Source: Candidatus Thorarchaeota archaeon
Lineage (GTDB): Archaea; Asgardarchaeota; Thorarchaeia; Thorarchaeales; Thorarchaeaceae
NCBI GenBank assembly: GCA_003345545.1
Contig: PRDH01000026.1
Coordinates: 32,001-96,000 of the forward strand
Length of the DNA stretch: 64,000 nt
Reading direction: 5' to 3'
In this document: positions 58,130 through 64,000 of the stretch, piece after piece
Layout: the number at the start of each line of letters is the position of its first letter
Position numbering within the stretch: position 1 is the stretch's first letter
The notes under the pieces: generated by a model
What the model was told of the DNA's origin: nothing
The model's input: only the letters and a program-made list of their open reading frames with translations
Database searches by the model: none
Program-made: the position numbers and the translations under genes

Positions 58130-58996
58130 TTATCGGAGAGAGAGCGTTTCGAGTCTGTTATCGTGCCCAAGTCGGATGGCCTTAGGCTGCACCTGCCCGC
58201 CATATGATGCACTGAAGACACTGACAAGCCTATCTTGGAAGAATGTGACATACCCCTCAGGGAAGACTTCATGCGCACGAAACATGAGGTGTGCATCAAT
58301 GTTCTTCATGAAAGTATCAAAGGCCTCCTGTCCATAATACCTTGCCCGGTCGCCTCTAATATTGGCTTTGAATCTGAATGGGCCCTCTTGTGGATCATTC
58401 CACACTAGTTGAAATACAATATCATCGGGGAAATTGGGGTCTCTTCTGTTGCATGACTGAATGTCTTCGATTGAGGTCACTCCCTCAGGAATCCCACCAT
58501 GACATGCGAATATCGCATTCTTGTGATAGGCTGCAATAGGAAGAACTACAAAGACTCTCGCGTAGGAGTTGAATATGTCCAGCGGATATGAGCTCGTCAC
58601 AGCATTGTAGAAACCATAGCGAGCAACAATCTCTTCAGATTCATGATTTCCCCTGAGCATCATCACTCTTCCTGGATGGGCGAGTGCCAGTGCCATGACC
58701 AAGCTAAAAGTCTCTATCTGTTCTGGTCCACGATCTACATAGTCACCCAGAAAGACGAAGTGGTGATTATCATACTTCTGAATCAAGCGTTGTACGGACA
58801 ATGCGCTTGCAAGTTCACCGTGAAGGTCTCCGATGAAAACCACATTCTCAGAGGGGATGTTTACAACGTTTGGCTTCTCTCTAAGAAGATCCTGAGTCAA
58901 TCCTGTAAGATGCCGTATCTCATCTTCTTCGAGATCTGTTCTGCCGTCAAGAATAGACTGAACAAGCCTGTCCATTGTATACACACCTATTGCCAA
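58130..58996 (-). CDS. Serine/threonine protein phosphatase, PPP family
   Basis: GDLHG, GDYVDRG, LRGNHE, CHGG, VWNDP, RAHE, SVFSASY. Confidence 0.93.
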   Translation of the reverse strand: MAIGVYTMDRLVQSILDGRTDLEEDEIRHLTGLTQDLLREKPNVVNIPSENVVFIGDLHGELASALSVQRLIQKYDNHHFVFLGDYVDRGPEQIETFSLVMALALAHPGRVMMLRGNHESEEIVARYGFYNAVTSSYPLDIFNSYARVFVVLPIAAYHKNAIFACHGGIPEGVTSIEDIQSCNRRDPNFPDDIVFQLVWNDPQEGPFRFKANIRGDRARYYGQEAFDTFMKNIDAHLMFRAHEVFPEGYVTFFQDRLVSVFSASYGGQVQPKAIRLGHDNRLETLSLR

Positions 58997-59490
58997 TCAA
59001 GAACGTCGAAGACCAGCTGAACTGCCTCTTTGGGCGTCTTGGCTGAGTACACCTTATCAGTTCTCCGTCCGTCTAGCTGTGTCCCAGCAAGTTTCGCAGC
59101 CCAACCTCCGGAACTGGTCACTGAAACAATGGGCCGGTCCGAGAACCAAGCGATAGCAATTTCGCTTAGGGTTCCAGCTGAGCCATCCATCGCAATGACT
59201 GCATCTCCTGCTTTTGCTACAAGAAAATTCCTGGCGTAGCCAAGACCAGTAGGGATTACGATATCGACAAACTCATTGGCGTGTTCTTTCGAGTCAGTGG
59301 GAAGGATGCCAATCGTCAAACCATTGTTCCTCTTTGCACCTCTGCAAGCAGCTTCCATGACCCCTCCCAAGCCCCCGCAAATCAAAGCCACATTTCTCTT
59401 CGCTATCTCTTCGCCAACTTGCTCCGCGAGCATCAGTACCTTCTGGTCCGAGTCAGAGCCACCAATGACTGAGATAGTCCTGAAGTGCAT
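58987..59490 (-). CDS. LOG/YpsA-like Rossmann protein (TIGR00725-like)
   Basis: ICGGLGGVMEAACRGA, TIGILP, TGLGYARN, GSAGTLSEI. Start moved to ATG 59490. Confidence 0.88.
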   Translation of the reverse strand: MHFRTISVIGGSDSDQKVLMLAEQVGEEIAKRNVALICGGLGGVMEAACRGAKRNNGLTIGILPTDSKEHANEFVDIVIPTGLGYARNFLVAKAGDAVIAMDGSAGTLSEIAIAWFSDRPIVSVTSSGGWAAKLAGTQLDGRRTDKVYSAKTPKEAVQLVFDVLDWQ

Positions 59491-59709
59491 TACGAATTCT
59501 CCTGTTGGTTCTTCCTTGACTTCTCTACGGAGAGTGGCCTTCTTTTGAGCGTATTGTATGTCCAGCTTGACAGTCTTCGATCGTTTACTCGACCCTCTGC
59601 TGACTGCAGCAGTGACTTTGGCAACCATCATGAGAGGGACCGAAAAACAGTAAGTAGTAGCCACAGAACAAGATTCATCTTCTGTATCTCAATGCGAACA
59701 CTGGTTGAA

Positions 59710-60087
59710 ATGGTAAGACTATTCAGAACTGCAGATGCAGAAGAGCTGGCAAGAGCAGGATATAGTGCAAGATATCTCGCTAACGTGAAGTTTCGTAAGA
59801 GCATCAAGGATGGCGGATTCATTTGGGTGACTATACCTGCAGGCACCGTCACAGCACCTCACGCCCATGCGAAGCTCGAGGAGGCTTTTGTGGCATTGAC
59901 TACCCTAAACATCCACATAGATGACAGAGAGCTGCAGCTCGAGCGAGGTGACGTAGTACTCGTTGAACCAGGAGAAAAGCACTCCTTCTCTGCATCGAAG
60001 AATTCTGAAAGCAGCGTCCTAGCGATCAAGTTTCCGAACCTGAAGAATGATAAGATCGAATTCCATTCATCGGAGTCAGCTCAGTAG
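59710..60087 (+). CDS. Cupin domain protein
   Basis: PHAHAKLEEAF...GDVVLVEPGEKHSF. Start moved to ATG 59710. Confidence 0.82.
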   Translation: MVRLFRTADAEELARAGYSARYLANVKFRKSIKDGGFIWVTIPAGTVTAPHAHAKLEEAFVALTTLNIHIDDRELQLERGDVVLVEPGEKHSFSASKNSESSVLAIKFPNLKNDKIEFHSSESAQ

Positions 60088-60521
60088 TCCTCAAAGTCGT
60101 AGTCATCCTCATCTTCATCCTCCTCCTCATCATCGAAGAGGATGTCAACGGGACTTCTGTACTGCGTCATCAAGCTCGCCCTTGGAATAGCCCTTCTAAC
60201 GACACTATCAAAATCCTTCCATTCATTGTACCGCCTTCTCCTACCAATCACACCTGCTATTGTAACAACAGCAAAGGAAATGATGCCAGTCAGAAAGAGC
60301 TCTGGGCGAGTCTGGAACATTCCTGAGCCTGCGCTCAAAGCAATCACCAAGATTCCACCAAGGATTAGGGGATTCAGATAGCAGTCACACGTGAGATTGA
60401 GCTGTGGAGGACCGATTCTAAAATCATCTGGATCTGCTCCTGGTGCAAGATTCAGGTAGTAATTGAATACGCTCAGGAACGATACTGCAACCACTATCAA
60501 GACCAGTGCCAGTATTTCCAA
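60081..60521 (-). CDS. Hypothetical 3-TM protein with acidic C-terminal tail
   Basis: Three hydrophobic segments; ends DDEEEDEDEDDYDFEDY. Confidence 0.7.
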   Translation of the reverse strand: MEILALVLIVVAVSFLSVFNYYLNLAPGADPDDFRIGPPQLNLTCDCYLNPLILGGILVIALSAGSGMFQTRPELFLTGIISFAVVTIAGVIGRRRRYNEWKDFDSVVRRAIPRASLMTQYRSPVDILFDDEEEDEDEDDYDFEDY

Positions 60522-60540
60522 ATCGCTTCCCTTCTCTTAT

Positions 60541-62358
60541 TCATGCCTCAGTTTCGGGGACTGCCACCTTGATGCAGGAGAAACCATATTCACCTTCGTA
60601 CGATATTTCTGCTTGTTCACTTGGTTCAATCATCAATACTATAGAGTAGCTCTTGACCACATCAGGTTTTGCATTCGAGACATCGAATTTGCCTCTTGTG
60701 AGAGCTACCTTATGTCCTGTCTTCAAAGATCGGAGCTCAGGATGGTGTTTGGTCATAATGGCCACTCTAGCCTGCAATCTCTCGTTTCGCACTACCAGGG
60801 CTTCCTCTCCATTAATTCTTTCTACAGTTAGGACATCCATCCAGCCCTTCAGTTCATCGCGAATGGACTTGAATGCCACCGGCCCTCCCGTCGCCAAATT
60901 GTCAATAGGCGGGAACTCGCCCTGAACTTCGTTGAGAATGGGAGTGACCATATTCGTATTCCATCCCTTCTTTACAAAGGCCTTCAGCGCGTGCTCTGAT
61001 ATTTTCTCTAGCGCGGGCTTGAATCGGTCGTGAGATGAAGATGATACCTTGTAGAGCATCCGGAATGAATTGACTGCGCCCTCCTCCCTGTTGTATGCTA
61101 CACCAATCTTGTAGGCAGCAACTGCTAGCTGCCACGCATTATCATGGTCTTCAAAGAGAAGACTGTATTTCGCTATGTCGTTGAGCATTGCCATTGTTAC
61201 ATCAGGAAATTGCAGCTTTGTCTTTGTGAGGCTGAAACCGCCCATGATCTCTGACCGTAGGACTTGCATTGTTATGTAGAAACCCTCTGTGGTTTCCATC
61301 ATGCTATCAAGAGACAGTCTGTTTATCATCGAATCGTAGAGGCTGTAGAAGTAGTCAATTTCATCATAATCCTCCCGAATGAGGGATAGGAGGATTCTCA
61401 CGAAGAAAACTGATGCCTTGAGTTCGTTGTTCTGTACTTCTGCGAACATGAGTAGACGAAAGGCTTCCTCGCTGACAGCTAGTGCGTCCTCTATTCCTTC
61501 ACGTGTACCTCTGTACATGTGACAGATTATCTCGAGATAATAAAGAAAGAGCGTGAGGTCAGCAGCATGACGAACAAGCTTGCCATGAGTTTCTGATTCC
61601 TCAGTCAGCGTTGAAACGATTAGTAAACGTTCGATTTCGTTTTGAACTGCTTCTATCTCAAGCGCCAGAGGATCATACTTACCCTCGCGGAAATCGTCAA
61701 ACATGTTCGGAATGCCTGCTTTGATATCTTCAAGGAAGTCTAGCACGAACAATGGCTGGCCTTTCGCCAATTGCTTGTCCAGCCCCTCTGCGGGTCTCTT
61801 TACAGCCCTGAGCACACGAAGAGCATGATCCTCAATAACACGAATTCTTGTCACAGGATCGTATGACTCCTGCCTTGAAATGCTATACCTGACTTCCTCA
61901 GAGTAGATTCTGTCGCGAATTGGCGAGAGAGCTTTCTTCATCTCATCGTCATCTGCAAGCTCCATTAGCTCGAGGACGAACGCAGAACCAACAATCCCCT
62001 CTACTTCTACCTTGAGATCTTGAATAGTATTAAGCAGCTTCATGTCGCTTGTTACAATCCTAGATTTCTTCGAGCGCATCGCAGCAAGGATCAGAGATAT
62101 GTCATTGGGTTGGGGAAGCGAGCTTTCGGGACGCTTTATGCTCTCTGTTAAAGCCTTGATGTCTTTGGATAGTGTTTCATCGATTTGGATTATCGTTTCC
62201 ACTTCTCGTCTCAAGTACCAACGCAGCTCCTGGAATACCTGCCTCGTAATCCACAACTCGATGCCGACTTTGTCTGCTGCTTTCTTGATTATTGCCACAT
62301 CTTTGGGTCGGTCCGCGAAGCCACTGATAAAGAAGTTCGCATCAAGGTACACTCGCAT
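60541..62358 (-). CDS. Large PIN-domain protein (PIN, helical repeat region, beta C-terminal domain)
   Basis: VYLDANFF, ITRQVFQEL, NDISLILAA, IVTSDMKL supply the acidic PIN active-site residues. Confidence 0.8.
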   Translation of the reverse strand: MRVYLDANFFISGFADRPKDVAIIKKAADKVGIELWITRQVFQELRWYLRREVETIIQIDETLSKDIKALTESIKRPESSLPQPNDISLILAAMRSKKSRIVTSDMKLLNTIQDLKVEVEGIVGSAFVLELMELADDDEMKKALSPIRDRIYSEEVRYSISRQESYDPVTRIRVIEDHALRVLRAVKRPAEGLDKQLAKGQPLFVLDFLEDIKAGIPNMFDDFREGKYDPLALEIEAVQNEIERLLIVSTLTEESETHGKLVRHAADLTLFLYYLEIICHMYRGTREGIEDALAVSEEAFRLLMFAEVQNNELKASVFFVRILLSLIREDYDEIDYFYSLYDSMINRLSLDSMMETTEGFYITMQVLRSEIMGGFSLTKTKLQFPDVTMAMLNDIAKYSLLFEDHDNAWQLAVAAYKIGVAYNREEGAVNSFRMLYKVSSSSHDRFKPALEKISEHALKAFVKKGWNTNMVTPILNEVQGEFPPIDNLATGGPVAFKSIRDELKGWMDVLTVERINGEEALVVRNERLQARVAIMTKHHPELRSLKTGHKVALTRGKFDVSNAKPDVVKSYSIVLMIEPSEQAEISYEGEYGFSCIKVAVPETEA

Positions 62359-63096
62359 TCATTCATATCTCCATCTACTAGTACTGCATGACCAAGGTCT
62401 TGGAACCACAGTCTCGTTGCTCAAGCTTCTGTTTCACAGAACAGGTTCTCATAAAGGTCTTATGTTAAGCTCTTCGGCAAAACGGATGATATCAGCTAAT
62501 GGAAAAAGGTTCCGATTTGCACCATTCATGGTTGTCAACTTGAGCTATGGTGATGCCTCCTTAGTGCAGGTCATCCTGTCTGCGGCAAGCGCAGTGCTCA
62601 CATGTACTTCAAACGATACAAGTCTAATCTTCCTGTTCATCCCAACATCGTTCTTAAGTAATATCACATCATATGATATCATATCCCTGCAGGCAACTGC
62701 GTCGATCGACGACTACGTGGCTGCTTGAGCTATCCTACGGAACCAACGCAAACCGTAAGGGTTAACTGCAATTGCTCCCAAATCATAATCGAACCAAGGG
62801 CATAGCAAATTCGGTGTGAGCCGTCGTCACTACGGCGTGCGGTGGCGACTTGCAACGACCTCAGAATAGGCCTGTTGGAATGCGGCGTACAAAATCATTA
62901 GGTGGTGGCGCGGCAATACGACGCGTTGCTTGCATGACGCTATGCCCACCTTCTTATTCTGTCCTTGATTTTCGTTATTACGACAGCGCCCTAAACCAAG
63001 GACCGTTGTTGAGTTTCTTCTTGGCTGAAGCATAGATCCATTGCAGGAATCAGACTCTCGCATAATGCGCTAACAAGCGAGCTAATTAAGAGAGAA

Positions 63097-63678
63097 TTGA
63101 AGATGAGCACGATCATGATGGCTCAATACCGAAGAAATTCCTATGCCCTTACATTTCTTGTGCTGGCTGTTCTGTTCTCGAGTCTTGTCCTATCTGTCAG
63201 CACGACGGGAGTAGTGTCAGTTGCCCAGACACAGGGACAGGGCGCTACACGCCTAGCGGATGTGAGTCCTTCTATCTACAACTGGGGCATTACCGGAAGA
63301 CCAAACATGAGTGAGCCATTCACAGTATGGGCAAACGTCACTGACGATGATCTCGACCTGGCCAATGTGAGCGTCTATGTTAACGGGCCGAATACAACCA
63401 TCCATGAGCTAATGTCGTACAATGGGTCTCTTTATGTTGAGGACCTCGATGCTTTGCTAGATGCTGGTACATATGACATCTACGTTACTGCCACAGATCT
63501 AGCAAACAATACGCGCGTGAGTCGCCATGAATACATCGAACTTCAAATGGAAACGACGACTGTGGTTGACCCTAATATCACAATGCCATATGTCGTCGCA
63601 TCAAGTCTATGTATTGGATTGGTTGCTTGCATCGTCGCATACTTGTATCGACAACGCCAGTTAGCTGGTTCAACATGA
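63097..63678 (+). CDS. Small single-pass surface protein with Ig-like domain
   Basis: Signal peptide; TVWANVTD...GTYDIYVTATDLANN; C-terminal TM followed by basic residues. Confidence 0.7.
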   Translation: MKMSTIMMAQYRRNSYALTFLVLAVLFSSLVLSVSTTGVVSVAQTQGQGATRLADVSPSIYNWGITGRPNMSEPFTVWANVTDDDLDLANVSVYVNGPNTTIHELMSYNGSLYVEDLDALLDAGTYDIYVTATDLANNTRVSRHEYIELQMETTTVVDPNITMPYVVASSLCIGLVACIVAYLYRQRQLAGST

Positions 63679-63735
63679 AACAACCGGAATTGTGGCGAGA
63701 AGCGAAGAAATATCATAAATGATACATCCATCCGG

Positions 63736-63743
63736 TTTATAAG
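63736..63743 (+). promoter_or_regulatory. Putative TATA box
   Basis: TTTATAAG 36 nt before ATG 63780. Confidence 0.45.
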
Positions 63744-63779
63744 ACTTCATCAGTTGGGACACAAGAGGTCGCTGTTGTC

Positions 63780-64000
63780 ATGTTCAAGTACGCCTTCAAG
63801 CGAGTAGTCCGCAGCTATCGCCTCTTCGTTGCCCTCACAATTGGCGTTCTGTTGGCTACAACTTTCTTTGCGTCCACGAATGTTGCGGCTGACATCATAT
63901 CAAAGGATGCCCTCAGTGCGACCATCGAGAACATCTTGTATGACTTTGATGTAGATTCAGAGAACTCGAATTGGACAATTGCGGACGTAAATGGACTGGA
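63780..64000 (+). CDS. FtsX/MacB-like ABC permease, N-terminal fragment (runs off window)
   Basis: MFKYAFKRVVRSYRLFVALTIGVLLATTFFASTNVAAD...; frame open to the window end; absent from the ORF track. Confidence 0.6.
   Translation, partial: MFKYAFKRVVRSYRLFVALTIGVLLATTFFASTNVAADIISKDALSATIENILYDFDVDSENSNWTIADVNGL

Noticed and set aside
62042-62728. 228-aa plus-strand ORF
   Set aside because: Nearly half is antisense to the PIN gene and there are no recognisable motifs; likely a shadow ORF.

Overview
Gene-dense archaeal chromosomal window. Archaeal-type ThrRS and TyrRS, TATA boxes and GGAGGT/GGTGA ribosome-binding sites indicate Archaea. Giant single-pass surface proteins, a longin-like cytoplasmic domain, an LRR protein and a PPP phosphatase suggest an Asgard archaeon, possibly Thorarchaeia (inference). 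The first half is mostly amino-acid and organic-acid catabolism: polar amino-acid ABC transporter, GlcD/GlcF-like pair with SCP2, ferredoxins, DLD-like reductase, thiolase, lysine/saccharopine dehydrogenase, threonine dehydratase and dehydrogenase, PPDK, a PLP enzyme and an ADP-forming acyl-CoA ligase. The second half holds three related large surface proteins (1166, 2899 and 2585 aa) built on one shared head scaffold. They differ in inserted domain (LamG, NHL propeller or none), stalk length and cytoplasmic tail. After them come tyrS, a DUF362-UbiA(DPPR synthase-like)-PHP-UPF0104 operon proposed to make a lipid-linked pentose donor, a PPP phosphatase/LOG pair and a large PIN-domain protein. 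Three of the four ABC genes appear to start at near-cognate codons (CTG, ATA, CTG). No rRNA, tRNA, CRISPR array or transposase was recognised. All family calls come from reading motifs; no database searches were run.
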